DNA of 64,000 nt from Phoronis australis (GCA_002633005.1 NMRA01000556.1:62001-126000); one strand, 5' to 3'. Numbered from the stretch's first letter, positions 36,801 through 49,801 are shown. The notes: a model not told the origin generated them from the sequence alone. Program-made: numbers and translations.

Positions 36801-39800
36801 ACTTTTTGACGTTTTTAGCTTTGACAAGACCTATAACTAGCAAAATTTGCTGTTTTTTAACTTTGTTACAAGCTGATGATTTCGGTTGTTAGCATCCAGT
36901 CACTGGTTAGAATTAACTGAAATCAAAACAGATGACCTTATCAGTTAAATACCCATAGGTTATTTAAGACCATGAAAATGTCCAATTTTGACCAATGTCA
37001 AAGCATCACATCTTCCAAAAAGGCTTGTCGGAGTCATTATGCAACTTTCATCTACTGTTCTTTATACACTGTTCTTCAAAGCGCTGTATGAATTGTTCCA
37101 CTTTTGCACGAGGGGCTATCAAAAATAGGACTTTTTTATGATTTTATGAAAAAATTAAAGTTGCACATGATTACTCACTACAAATTATGGAAAATTTACC
37201 CAGTGTTATTTCATGATATATATGAGATATACAGAATACAGGCCATAATAATAAGTGGCTGAAGTTTTCTGAATCTTTATTTTTGTCAAAAATTTTACGA
37301 ACACTTGCGTACTAAATAAGTGAAAAATGTCCAGCTTTTGACCTCTTGCTATGATGTGCCTATTGATGACTCACTGTAACCTTTGACCTTTGCATTTGAT
37401 ACTGACCTCTCACAGAAATGATGCTGTTCTTGTTCTTGACTGTAACATTTGACTCCTTGCAGAAATGATTTGCATATTCGAGGAGCATAGTTACCAGTTG
37501 ATTGACAAATGGGAGAGAATTTTCACACACGATAATGATATTGGTGCTGTGGTGGACATTGAAGGTGACCTCAAACTCACGGTACGCCATTGTTATCTAA
37601 TTACTGAAATAACGATTTGTTGAACTATGCTAATCAAATCAAGTTGGGTTTTTGAAGCTTGAAAGAGCTTGAGATAATTTCAAAGGGTAATTTCCATGAT
37701 TTCATATGTCAGTAATTTGCTTAATTTATAATGACTTAACGCTCTGGTTTCAGTACTGCAAAACAACATTATTACTTTCAAAGACTGATAACATGTTAAC
37801 TTTTTTTATCAAAATACATCTTTTGAAGTTGGTAAGTTATTGAAATCAGCTTTTTTGACGTGCGGTTTGTATTTTAAGTGCTAAAATTAAAGTACTAATC
37901 ATCTCTTTTAAAGGCTGGAAAACTTCATTATTAAAACATGGGTAGAGTTCAGTCGCTGTCTCCCGGCTAGAAAAATCTAACCAAATTCACGTGTTCTAAT
38001 TTAAAATACACCGCAATATCTCGCGTAATCTCATTTATTGACGACTGTCTTGAACTAGAACCGTTCACGTCCGACTATTGCTGCTCTGTGTTTAAAGTCA
38101 GCACAACTATACGTTTGCTTGCATACCACAGGCAGGTGGCAGCACTTATCATATGTCACCTGTTACCTAATTCACCTGAGTTGTATGAACAGCTAAATGC
38201 AGAATACAATGCCCTGCTTGTGACCGTCTATCGTCTGGGTAGATTTACATTGTCTGTCGAATGGTGTTTTCTAGGCATTCGACATCATTGGTCAGTGTGC
38301 GTTTGGTTACAAGTTCCGAAGTCTCATGGACCACCACCAGGGGGAGTCGATCACTGCGTGCTTCAACCGGCTCATTGGTGGAACGGGGTTAAGGTGTGTA
38401 AAGGACTTAATCAATACAAAATAGTATGGTGAACAAACGTACAGTTGTTCCACGGTATGTTTTGTGCAGCTGAAGACGTTTTGTGTAAATGTTATTTTTT
38501 TGTCACCCGCTTGTGACGTTTTACAAGTCTCTCCTATTTCTGTATCGTTTTTCCCAAATTTGACATCAAGAGGAAGAAACATGTATTTGGTTTGGATATC
38601 AGGCCGTGGTATTCGTTACGTAACATCATGTGTCTGTGATCCATACTGGTTGAAATTGTTGTGCTCAGACTGTGCTGCATGGGTCACGATATCTTCTTTC
38701 GTAACATCTTAAGTTATGCAGTTTTCCGTCACCAAAGTTTACTCATCGAGACCAAGTGCAAGTAAAGAGTCTCTACAGTAAAACTCGCCGGTTGCGCTCA
38801 CAATATGATGAACAAAGAAAATTTTACTTTCTCATTTCTTCATTAAAAGCCAAACTTTACCATTGTTGATAACTATTATTTTCAGAAATACCACAAGACA
38901 CTCTGTGTCTCAGACATTTTTATACACTTCAACCATGCCTTTCTAATGTCAAAGCCCCTTTAAGGGTCAGTTATAAAATTTTACATGTTACGTGTTCCCC
39001 TTAAGATGATCACAACTGATGTAGATCTTCTGACCAATCCAACTGCTGTGGCATCAGGTGGCATATTTGTTTTTACCTGCGCCTAGACTACCTGTCGTGA
39101 GTTTCCTTCTTCTGAAAACATGGTATATTATGTATTCCAGTTGAGAATGCCTGGCGTTGATTTTGGGTTGAGTCCAACTACTGCTCTGCCCTCTTGTGGC
39201 AATTTAATAAGTTTTCTGTGCTGGTGGATTTCTATCTACGAAGTTCTTGATGAATGTTTACCAAGTTTGACACATGAACTTCTATATAGACCACAGGACT
39301 TCCCTTGTTTTAGATGGATGTGACAAATGCTGTGTTCCGGAATGTTCTTAATTTGTATTTTAATGTATCAGCTCGTACTAACAATTACCCCTACAAGCGT
39401 ACCGCTGCAGTGGAGTTGTGCACTTATCTCAGTGCTTTTGGTCCTGTTGTTTACTTGTCAATGTTGAAGCAGGGTCTGTAAGTGCCAATGCCAAGGTGTG
39501 TGCTCAACTGGGTGACACTACTTACCTTCTTTCAGTAAAGAGCTCAACTCCACCCTGTTGTCCCACTTGTTTGTGACCGTCTGCCTCACAGCAGAATCTG
39601 GCCAATGCAAAGCTCTTCAGTCTGCTCACAATTTTTGCCAATTTGCCCTGGCTTTTGTTAATTTAGGGCAGACTTTTCAGTTGAGTATCCTCAATCTTCA
39701 GATGAGGGTCATGTGTCTGTGTAAGTGTCGGACTGAGATTAGGACATGACATTCCCACAGTTTTGGTATCCAGTAATTTACTTTTTGTTCACGGGCCAAA

Positions 39801-42800
39801 TTTTCTTTTTTACTTGTAAATCAGGGACCTCAAAGCCATATAATGTTGATTTTATTACAAATTACCAGTTATCGCTGTTGTCTGTCAGACATTCACTAAA
39901 ATTAAGGCCGTTGCTTTAGCCAATTTAATGCAATTCATCAAGACAGTGCATGGGGTTTACGTCCATCAGCTGACCATTAGACTTGTACGCAGGTGTCGCA
40001 CGTTGGATTATACGATACACTAAGGTTGATCTCAGAAATTCATTTTCTCACAAATAATTTTATGTTACATCAACAAATTGATGGCAAATGTTTATTTTTG
40101 AAATGAATTTTACCATAATCAAAGCTGTTTTAGTGGGAACAGGCATAAGCCAGCCAACCAGTTAGTGTCACCTCTGCTGTGATTGTATTGTTCTTAATTA
40201 TTACAAAAACAATCCATGTTGTGGCTCTGTGGTCACACACGAGACCACACTGTTAGTTGCCACTGGCCGTGCCAAGTTAGGATGTGGAAAGTCCGACCAC
40301 GTACCGAGGGCGTGCCACTCTGTGCTAGGCACAGCTAATACAAACTTGTCCACGGGGCCTGGACAGAAGCAATGGCTGCCAATGGGGACTGGTACTGAAT
40401 GTCTGCGCTGATGTTTGTTATTCGTTTGGGCAAACAACGCTTTTTTGCAAGTTCTGTTTCATGCCTTTGTTCCTTAACATCTCATCAGATTAACACCAAC
40501 ACATTCTGACTTTGTGTTTAACGGAATCTGATTATTCTCTAATAATTGTGTATGGCATGTAATGAATATAAGTTAAAGGTTGATGTATTTTTTGTTTTGA
40601 ACTCTGATAAACTTAATATTCATCTGTCATTTCTATTTTTAACTACTCACAGCTGGTGCTCTCTAAGTCCAAGATTGGTTTTCATTTTGTTTTGAAATGC
40701 TCTTGTTCTTAATCTGCTAAACTTTTCTGGTCTCACAACTACATGGTAATTCATACCTTACGCTCATTTCTCACAGAAATTTGCGCCACGCTGCATACAA
40801 GCATACTACGAGACTGGCTTTCAGAAGGTTTCTTTTAACACTTTTTCATGCCAGACATTTGTTGAATACTATTCATTTGAAAGGCCGTTATTGAATTCAC
40901 CCAAATCATTACGTTTACGGCATGACGTGATTTCCCTGCCTGGCTCTGTTCAGGCAGGTGTGCGTGGAATTCTTTAAATACTTTGTGGGCAGACATGCTA
41001 CTGATTTTCACCCCCATGTGCCACTTTCCAGCTGCATTCTTGTAGTCTACTGACAGTTCCTTTTGGCAGACTCACATGGTAGACTTGTGGATCTATTGTA
41101 TAGACATGGAAATATGATGCACGATAGATGTATCTATAGTGCCTTATTGAGCAGGATTGTTTTTTATTGACTCAAATATTGCAACTTTTGGCCCTTATTG
41201 AAAGCATTCTGTCGCATTCGAGCTACTGTCAGACATTGATTTGGGGAAGTGTGGGGAACCACAGCATTCAAAATCTTAGGAAAAAATTCTCCAAAATTGG
41301 CGAGACCAGTATACCATAGTAACATTAGTGATATTCAATATGAAGTTTGCTCGAGTGGTAATTACCAATTGTGAGTTGAACCTATGACCTAGTTCTTTAG
41401 GCCATTGAGGTCAGGTCAGGGTTTATCAGCTGTTGTTAAATGTTTTGTGGTTGGAGTGTCTTAATGATCCAAATAATGTCCACAATGGTGTGTGACAATG
41501 TTGTGATAGTTCCAGCATAGCACACGTCTCCCACATACTGGGGACTTCCACTGCATCATTTGAGGTTATGCTGGTCTCAAGGAAAATGTCCAAATTTGGC
41601 AAACTTCGGAACGTCATACCTTAGAAATGGTTGACTGGATTCATGAAAGTTTCAGATAGCTTGCTTTATGCTCTGTTCTCCAGAAGACTGTTGGGAATAT
41701 TGCTTATCGATAGTTGTCACACATTTACATGAGAATTTATCACAAAATTAGACTTTTTGATTTTGATTGTGAAAAGTTGCATGAAAAGAAAACAAAATAT
41801 TTTAGAAAACCATATCAGCATTTCTGAGATTTCATCAGTAACGATGATTATTGTATTGAAACGAAATTTGGCCTCGTTATTCACGATGTTTTAGCCTCGT
41901 TATTCCCACTGTTTTGGCCTCGTTATTCACACTGTTTTGCTACTATGAAATTAGATTTCTTTTTGGTTAATTTTAACAAAAAGGAAATATAACGTGACCC
42001 AGTTAGTGACAGATTGGCATGCAGTCAAAACCTACAGCATTTCTACTTTCATAAAATATGTTATTTTATGGAGTTAATTTCTACACTTTTGTACATCTTT
42101 GCCTAAAGATACACACACCTGTCTGTAAGGACTTGCATGTAACTTAAATCATGAATAAAAATTATAAAGACTCCTGGGACATACAAATTAATAAGTGTTT
42201 GTGAGAACTCAAAATGTTGCATCTTTTGCTTGACCTACTTTTTCTTTCTTGGTGGGCAAAATGGTCGAGTTGACGCGGACAAAACACAATATTTATTCTT
42301 GGAAATTTTGTCTGAATCATTTTAACATTCAGCTAGGCAGACATGGCTCTTTGATTACACGATATTTCAAAGAATTTATTACAAAATAAATTTGTATTTG
42401 TCCCTGATTGCCGTGAATTTCAGCTACTTGTGTGCAACATACATGAACAGTATTTTACAAGACTCAACTCCGAGTGTACAGCACTGAGGATTATTGTGTT
42501 CCATGCTAACTGTACCGAGTGTAGAGCACTGAGGATTATTGTTTCATGCTAACCCTACCATGGTTTCTTTCACAGCTGGACCATGGCTATCCCGTATTAT
42601 CACCACCTCCCTACCCCAGGGAACAAGAGCTTCAACAGAGACAAGGCTGTTATTGATCAGACAGTTGAGAACGTCATTAAACACAAAAAGTCAACAAAAC
42701 TGTCGTGTCCAGGTAGGAATGGCCGATTGAACAGGATGGTTCACGATTATTGTTCATTTCATGGACGCTGTGCAAAACATTCGCTTTGCGGAGACAGGGC

Positions 42801-45800
42801 TGTGCGGAAATGCAAAATGCTGTGATTGCTGTGTTGGCACACCTTTGTGTAAAGTGTGACAAAATAGAAAACGGAATTGCTTTATAATTCTCTAGCTTGG
42901 TATGATGTTGCAACGCCACCGATACTGTCTGTTCTTTAATGGTTTGTATTGCCGATAAACGTTCAAAATTTCATTGTGTTTGCTGATGGCAGCCATATTG
43001 TATAAAGTTTTCAAATGATTTTGTAAGACTTATCGTCTTGCTACTCTTGTTGAAAATTTTGATTTAATAAAGCATTACTGTTCCACCATAACACAGTGTT
43101 GATCTAATTTGAACAAGCTTTACGGTATATGTTTTATTTGTGTTTCCAGTGGCGAGTGACAAGTCTGATTGTCTGCTTGACATGTTGATGACTGCTAGAG
43201 ACGAGGACAGTGGGCGTGGCCTTACTGACAAGGAACTCCATGATCAGGTGCTCACCTTCATGATAGCTGGACATGAGGTAATTGTTTTGGAAAGAATTTG
43301 GCTGCTCTTGCCTGCCCACCTGTCAGCCAACCTGAGCCCGGTCTCTAATCTTTGTACTCGAAATGAACTCGAATCTATTTTTGGCAATTTCTCTGCTCCT
43401 TTTGTGCGAACTTAAGATAATTGGTTATCAGACTGTGCTCGAATACATTATAGCTTATGCATAGGAGTTTCTAGTTCAAGTTTGCCCTTGAAGACCCTTA
43501 TATTCGTGCAACAAACTCGAGTAAAAACTCGAAATTTCGAGTTCGAACTCGAACTTATTGCTTTAATATTGGGTTTACAAACTGTGAACTTAGGGCAATA
43601 AATTATCTACATAAGTTATTGTGTACTCGAGCATAGAATAATAGACACTTATCTTGAGTTCGCCTAAAAGTAGAGTAGAAAATGCCAAACCTAATTTCGA
43701 GTTCCATTTCGAGTAAAAAGATTGGAGACCAGGCCCTGATCAAAGTAGAATTCCTTTATAGAAGTTATCATTATGGTTTATCATACTTTTAGCAATGTAA
43801 AGTTGTTCTGTGCAATGCTGAGGGTATGTGAACATTAAATGATCTTAGGGTATACAGTAGCCACAGTAGTCAGTATGCAGATAACAACAATAACATTATT
43901 GCAATAACAATAATATTACACATAACAAGAGCATTACAGATAACAATAACAATACAGGTAACAATAACAATAACATTACAGGTAACAATAACAAGAATGT
44001 TACAGATAACAATAATGTTACAGATAACAATAATGTTACAGGTAACAATAACATTTCAGATACCAATGACAATAAAATTACAGATAACCATAATATTACA
44101 GTATTAATAACGATGGTAATTATCTAATTATCAGTGCCTCTTTGGTGATCACAAGGTTCCATAAATGACGAAATCTGTTGCAAATTTTCTAGTTTTTGAC
44201 TGAATGTCACGTAAAAAGTGCAAAGGAGAAAACTTTGGATATTTTTAAATGTATTGTAATGACCTCTACTCAGACAGAGGTAGTTTTAAGTATTTAAGCA
44301 CAAAGTTCTGTGTCAAAATTTTGTTGTTCCCCTCCTCAGAACAATTTTTCAAGACTGTTTTTGCCCAGCTTTTGTGGAGGTTGAGATATGGGATCTTAAT
44401 TTGTTCACGTGACACTTTCATAGACGACCAGCGTGACACTGTCCTGGGCCCTGCTGCAGCTGGCCAAATACCCTCGGATACAGCAGAAAGCACGTGAAGA
44501 GCTACAGATGGTGCTGCCACCTAGAGGCCAGCAGCCAATCACATGGGAACATGCTGAACAGTTGAAATACTTGAACTGTGTCATCAAAGAAACACTGAGG
44601 TGAGCTGCCTTGTTTATTGTTCAGTGTGTGAGCAATATTCTTCAATATTACCAGTGCAGTAGTGTGATCGATATTCATCAATATCATCAGTATTGTGCGT
44701 CGTTGTGTGCAATATTAACGGTAATGCTGTTCAGAATTTCTAGCATTCCTGAGACCAATATCATTTGATATCGTGGCCGTTCATGATCAATTTTGTTCGT
44801 GATATTTGTTTGTAATGCATGATTGATTCTATTCACAGCTCAAAACATGAGCATGCATTTCGGCGTTTTCCCGTTGCTCCCAACTTGTTGATTCTATAGC
44901 CCAGCAACAGGTTGGGAAGTTTACTCCTGTAGCCAATATCTTACACGACTGATTAACTCCGTTCTGGCATTCATGGTTGGATAGCCAGCTCTCTTTTGTT
45001 GAATAATTGCTCTAATCTTCAAAAAGATCCTATCTAACCTGACTGGGCTGTGCTGTTAAAAATAAATGTTAAGTTATAACATATTTGAACATAAACCAAT
45101 AGCAATTCTGAAATCCTTGTCTAATGGTGATCATGTTTAGTTTTTGAATCGCCAAAATCACCCAACTGCAACTGAAGTTACGATAATCTATTCTTTCTGA
45201 ATGTATACCAATTCACTCTGGGTTTGACGGTGTTCGCACTCGGTCTGTAGTAAGCCTGTTGTCATAACAGACAAAAGAGTGTGCTTGGCAGTTAACAAAG
45301 AAGCTAGATGTTATCACACGCTCAGAACCCCCTTCATTTGGTAAAGTCACTGAACAAGAAAATGCTGTCATGTGCTTATCGGCCTTCCACTGGTTCAAAC
45401 CCAGACAAAGAAGCTAACGTTTGGTTTTAACCAATTACCCCTATAAAAGTGGTCTAAAGATGTTCGTTACTTTGATGAGAGGCGATTTTGTTGGCAAGCG
45501 ACTGACAGCTAGTTTTTCCTTGAGATCGTGCTCAGTGTATAAAAATAGCACACCATGACAAGCTAATATGTAGAGCCCCATCTCATTGTATAAAATAGCA
45601 CACCATGACAAGCTAATATGTAGAGCCCCATCTCATTGTATAAAATAGCACACCATGACACGCTAATATGTAGAGCCCCATCTCAAACAATAACACATTG
45701 TCTGTGTCATCATACATCTAATACATTTTAATGCAGTCGTGTAAATTTGCTTTTTTGAGAGATTGTTGCGTGTCCGGAGCGTACCCCTGACATGGTTGTT

Positions 45801-46629
45801 TTTTTTGAAATTGAAGATATGCCAATGAATGGATAATAATATTGTTCATGTTTGCCATGTGTTGCAGACTTTACCCTGCTGGACCAATCACCATGAGAGA
45901 GGCTGTGTGTGACGACTATTTAGGCAAATATTTTATTCCGGCCGGGACTTTTATTGTCTGCAATATGGGCGCCTGCATGAGGTATTGCATTTAGTGAAAC
46001 TTTTCTTAAAGAATTTGTTCTTTAAATGCTCTGTTTACAGTCTCTGAAAATGAATTTAATTTTAATCCATAAGTCTTTATGATATGAAGAGCATTTTGTC
46101 ATCAAAGTTTTATGAACTATTTGTATGTTTGGACATTTACATGTAGTTAATCTGTGTGATTCATGATGCAAACTAAGCATGAACTAAGACATGGTATGAA
46201 TTGTATGTTGTCAGTGTTTTATACATTACTTGACGAAAAGTGTCAGTAACAGATGCCCCATGCAGTTGATTTACGATTTTGATTCTCATTTCCTGCCTCT
46301 CTTGCAGGCTTCCCGAGAACTGGTCTGACCCTGATGAGTTCATACCAGAAAGATTTGAGGACGAGAAATCGATCAGCGCCTCCGTTTTCCTACCGTTCAT
46401 TACAGGACCGCGCAAGTGTATGGGCTACCGTTTTGCTATCATGGAGATGACAGTCTTACTGGCCATGTTGCTGCGAGAATTTGAGTTCAGAACAATTCCC
46501 GACGTACATTACAAGCAGCTAATGCGTGCCACAGTGAGGCCGTTCCCTGCACTGAAACTGGAGATATCACGTGTCTCGTCCACAACAGAAGGGAAAATAA
46601 CAGAGGATGTTCACAGGGCTGAAGTCTAG
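27725..46629 (+). CDS. Cytochrome P450, microsomal type, 11 coding exons, 529 aa (CYP46/CYP4-like; family unassigned)
   Basis: join(27725-27871,31341-31420,33252-33392,33642-33748,37463-37581,38275-38393,42576-42712,43150-43277,44424-44599,45868-45981,46308-46629) = 1590 nt with no internal stop and all GT-AG introns. It has an N-terminal TM anchor, Pro hinge (PLRQLPGLP), I-helix FMIAGHETT, K-helix ETLR, PERF and heme motif FITGPRKCMG. Confidence 0.95.
28310..29115. repeat. ~400-bp near-identical tandem duplication split by an N (probable haplotype or assembly artefact)
   Basis: 28310-28707 and 28709-29115 differ by a few SNPs and small indels. There is a single N at 28708. Confidence 0.85.
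29550..30676 (+). mobile_element. Non-autonomous TIR element (Harbinger/ISL2EU-like) with a THAP N-terminal relic
   Basis: Perfect 26-bp inverted repeat GTGACGTCACCGGAAGTAGGGCAAAA (29600-29625 / 30630-30655), plus TTGCGAGTT/AACTCGCAA. The ATG at 29711 reads MTNKNCCYHEIYNSDSCY. The outer left end is degenerate. Confidence 0.7.
31341..31420 (+). CDS. P450 coding exon 2
   Basis: cattacAG/LPGLPYSPLFGSMLEAVQGETGEVML(K)/GTAAGT. Confidence 0.9.
31431..31627. repeat. 63-bp tandem repeat x ~3
   Basis: ATGG(C/T)CC recurs at 31431, 31494, 31557 and 31620. Confidence 0.95.
32523..32612. repeat. 16-bp GC-rich minisatellite (GCTCACGCGGGTGCTC) x ~5.5
   Basis: Seen directly. Confidence 0.95.
33252..33392 (+). 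CDS. P450 coding exon 3
   Basis: WVKEYGSILRYYFFFGHERVMVADAEALKRIFVTNSRNYIKPPSRM. AG/GT boundaries, phase 2-2. Confidence 0.92.
33642..33748 (+). CDS. P450 coding exon 4 (C-helix)
   Basis: IVERLIGKGLLLLEGEEHALQKKIVSPAFRPSSLK. Phase 2-1. Confidence 0.92.
34516..34963. repeat. 30-bp minisatellite (AATAGTTTCCAAATGAGTCGGGTGCAGACC) x ~15
   Basis: Contiguous units without spacers. It explains the three repetitive ORFs at 34478-34962. Confidence 0.97.
37463..37581 (+). CDS. P450 coding exon 5
   Basis: (K)MICIFEEHSYQLIDKWERIFTHDNDIGAVVDIEGDLKLT. Phase 1-0. Confidence 0.88.
38275..38393 (+). CDS. P450 coding exon 6
   Basis: AFDIIGQCAFGYKFRSLMDHHQGESITACFNRLIGGTGL, with the E-helix DIIxxCAFG pattern. 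Phase 0-2. Confidence 0.92.
41868..41940. repeat. 23-bp tandem repeat x 3
   Basis: GCCTCGTTATTC occurs three times. Confidence 0.85.
42576..42712 (+). CDS. P450 coding exon 7
   Basis: WTMAIPYYHHLPTPGNKSFNRDKAVIDQTVENVIKHKKSTKLSCP. Phase 2-1. Confidence 0.88.
43150..43277 (+). CDS. P450 coding exon 8 (I-helix)
   Basis: ASDKSDCLLDMLMTARDEDSGRGLTDKELHDQVLTFMIAGHE. Phase 1-0. Confidence 0.95.
43335..43735. mobile_element. Foldback Harbinger-like MITE (401 bp)
   Basis: The arms pair over more than 100 bp (GGTCTCTAATCTTTGTACTCGAAATG versus CATTTCGAGTAAAAAGATTGGAGACC). CTG is duplicated at 43332-43334 and 43736-43738 (CWG-type TSD). Confidence 0.75.
43878..44110. repeat. Degenerate (TTACAGATAACAATAACA)-like minisatellite
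   Basis: Seen directly. Confidence 0.85.
44424..44599 (+). CDS. P450 coding exon 9 (I/J/K helices)
   Basis: TTSVTLSWALLQLAKYPRIQQKAREELQMVLPPRGQQPITWEHAEQLKYLNCVIKETL(R). Phase 0-2. Confidence 0.95.
45536..45685. repeat. ~50-bp tandem repeat x 3
   Basis: TGTATAAAATAGCACACCATGACAAGCTAATATGTAGAGCCCCATCTCAT, repeated. Confidence 0.95.
45868..45981 (+). CDS. P450 coding exon 10
   Basis: LYPAGPITMREAVCDDYLGKYFIPAGTFIVCNMGACM(R). Phase 2-2. Confidence 0.93.
46308..46629 (+). CDS. P450 coding exon 11 (PERF, heme-binding Cys, stop)
   Basis: LPENWSDPDEFIPERF...FLPFITGPRKCMGYRFAIMEM...EV*. Confidence 0.97.
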
Positions 46630-47504
46630 TCATGTTGTCATTTTGTCATTTCATCACCCAGTCTGGAAAGGCTTCTGCCCATCAACTTAGAGATTAGTAA
46701 GCATAAAAACTTGGTTCATCATGTCCTACAGAGGGAGCCACATACTTGTGAATAGAAGCCTTGAAAATTGTTTTGATATGGTTTGTTCATAATGAGACAT
46801 TCACATGTCACTTTTGCCTTTGTTGTTCGTTATAATTGTTGTATATTTCCCCATGATGGTTGTAAAGAGAGTTAAGCTCCATCTAGTGGGAAGATGGAAG
46901 ATGAAGATCTTATTATGTCTTGTGACTAAAGGCAATACACATGTATTGATTTTGTAAACAGAATGCCTTGTATTGTTTACAGAGACGGGATAATTTGAGG
47001 ACATCCAATGTTATTCTTTGGAATTTGATTTTTAACACCCGATTTCTGTGATGTTGAAATGTAATGTCATTAACTACTTTACCAAAATACTGATTATTTT
47101 TCACAAACTTAGCATCCCCTCTGTGGTTGCACTTCGTGTCAGTATTTTCATGTTTTTTACTTTCATTCTTCTTGTAAACGTGCTATTATCATTTATCAAT
47201 TGTCATTGTTCAAGAGAGTTTATTTATTTATCTACATAATGTTTATTTATTTATTTATTTGTAATTTATTACGAAATTGTCCCGACCGTATTTGCTCCAT
47301 TACATGATTTAATGTGAGACCAATACTTTTTGTATTGCAGAAATGTACACGTAAAACTATTAATATTTTCAGTGTAATTTGACAATCCATTTCTTTTGTC
47401 CAAAGTTGGTGAGATTTTAAGGTACTGTACACATCACTTACTGAGAAACAAGTCATGAATGCTTCAAACCAAGAAACTCATTGTGAAGCCAAATGTCTCC
47501 ATCT

Positions 47505-47609
47505 CCCCCTGATGTAGGAGTGTCTCCCTTCCACAATACCCCCTGATGTAGGAGTGTCTCCCTTCCACAATACCCCCCCGGTGTAGGAGTGTCTCCCTTC
47601 CACAATACC
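47505..47609. repeat. ~34-bp tandem repeat x 3
   Basis: TGTAGGAGTGTCTCCCTTCCACAATACCCC, repeated. Confidence 0.95.
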
Positions 47610-49579
47610 AACTGTTCCTCTTTCAGCAAAGGACTGGAGTGTGGTTCTATCCTTTGAATCGTCTACCAGTCATATTTGAGTAAGTGATTTGTATTTTACT
47701 GAAATAGATTGGGATTTACACATGGGGCCTGTCATGAGGGTGACTTGAGACTAAGACAGAAGTTTTGTATAATGCTTCCAATTCACAAATAATGAAAAAG
47801 TTTTGCCATTTAATTATAAGTGCATCACTCTATAAATATTTTTTAGAAGTTATCTCCATATCTAGCAGTTATGTGTATATTCTCAGATACTTTAAACCTT
47901 TGTTCAAGCGGGATTTAATTATTTTTCAGAAATAGTTATGTGGAGTGGATGAACAAATTTCTGACTTGATTCTTCAAGTTACTTTTCCTGTAAGCGACCC
48001 CTGGTGTTGCATGGATGTGTTATGTGCATGGATTAATGACTTCTTTTGTATGTATAGTATTTTTTGAAAGAAATTGACGAAATGATTAATCGAGTGTTTA
48101 TTATCGGGTGCACTTAACATTTGCTGCTGCCGCTGGAGCATATCCACATAGTCTCGTGCGTCGTTATAAGGTTACGTCAAAAGCGCGCATAAATTCAATA
48201 TTGGAGGTGACGGATCCAATCGTACTATGATGTAGTGAACTTGGCTCCGTCCGTGTCGCTTACATTCATTGTAATCACAGTCGCAAACTTGAGGTTTTAG
48301 AAACTTACAAAAAGGGTTACGGCCCAAAACGATTTTTTGAAAGGTAACACTGCACGTGGCTTTATACCGTGTAACAACTGTTGTCACGAGGGAAAAGTGT
48401 GCTGATACCATGACTACAAATGATACTGTGTCTGCTGCAGTATTGTTAGGATGTCTGTGCACATTCACTTTTTACATATTTTGTAATGCCCGACCCAGTG
48501 GAGATTTTCTGTGGTGTTTTTGGCTTTTCTAATATTTTTATGCTCTTGCACTAGAAAACTGTCGGAGTACTTTATCTTGAAAACGCTGTTGTCAGTGCTG
48601 AGCTCGGTTACTGTAGCCGTGTTGTCAATAACGGATAATGTCTCTAATACAAGTCTTTGGAGTCCATTTCACGAGAAGTGGGTTACGGCTGGAGTTTTAT
48701 TATTTTCTGAGACGTGCTAATAATGAGTAGACTACAAAAACTTAATTTCGTAATTACGAAGCGGGAACATAAGGCAAATTGTTGGAATTTAAAAGTCTTA
48801 AATAACTGGAGGAACAGGCCTTTAGTTCTGGTTGGGTGGCTATGCAGTTGGATGTATCGGCGGTGTTTAAGGTTACATTGGACCTCGGTGACTTTGTAAT
48901 CGTATTTAATCACATGTCTATAAAACTATTGATTTTAAATCTATGAAAATATGGGTATTTTCTGAAAGTAGAAAGCCTATAGAATATTATTTTTGACCGG
49001 AATTTTCAGTTAAAAATGTGCCCTTAACTGGGTCACGTGACCATGCCTTCCGTGAGTAAAATTTATCAAAATAACGAAGGTACACTGATAGCAAAACAAC
49101 GATATCCATAACATGATCAATTTTTATTTGATGTAGACGTTTAATATGAAATCTCAAAACCGTTTTCCCAGTTGTATAGAATATCGTTCAGTTCTCGTTT
49201 TGTGGAACTTTAGTTCTTATTCGTGGAAATCACATAAGTCCGATATTTGATAGCGCCCCCTCAATGCTTCGTGCAAAAGGACATTTTGATAGCCTCTCAA
49301 GGCTTCGTGCAAAAGGGCATTTTCTAACAGTGTTTTGGAGAACAGTCCATGGGCGGGTATCCTACGAATCCCGATCAACCCATTTATGAGATGTGATGTT
49401 TCGAAGTTGGCCAAATCTGAACATTTTCCTAGGGCCCCACATAATCTTAAACTTGTTAGAATTACCTGTAAGTGTACACAAGAGATGGCGCTAAGATTCC
49501 CAGCGTGCCAGTAACATGAAAGCAACTCCTAGAAAGCCATCAGCACAATTATCTGACGACGACGGAAAACTGTTTTCAC

Positions 49580-49740
49580 TAGGGGCGGATCCAGGATTTT
49601 GAATTAGGCTAGGGTGGGCCGGGGCAGACTATATTAGCCAGGATTTTGCCCGTCAGACATTCATGCCCCCCCCCCGAAATTCCAAATGGAATCTGAGAAA
49701 ATTTTAGGGGGACCATGGCCCCCTTCTAAATCCGCCACTG
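49580..49740. mobile_element. hAT-like MITE, same family as 21027-21165, opposite orientation
   Basis: TAGGGGCGGATCC ... AAATCCGCCACTG. The flanks TTCAC / TTCAG form a 5-bp TSD with one mismatch. Confidence 0.7.
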
Positions 49741-49801
49741 TTCAGGTAGTTAAGCAGCATAAAATTTTCTTGGTGACCGGTGTCGTGCATTTAAGTAAGA
49801 C

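Noticed and set aside
48464-48642. Possible alternative phase-1 terminal exon of the TSP1 gene (ETLSVIDNTATV...ICKK*)
   Set aside because: The acceptor is weak, no homology was recognised, and the length is within chance expectation.
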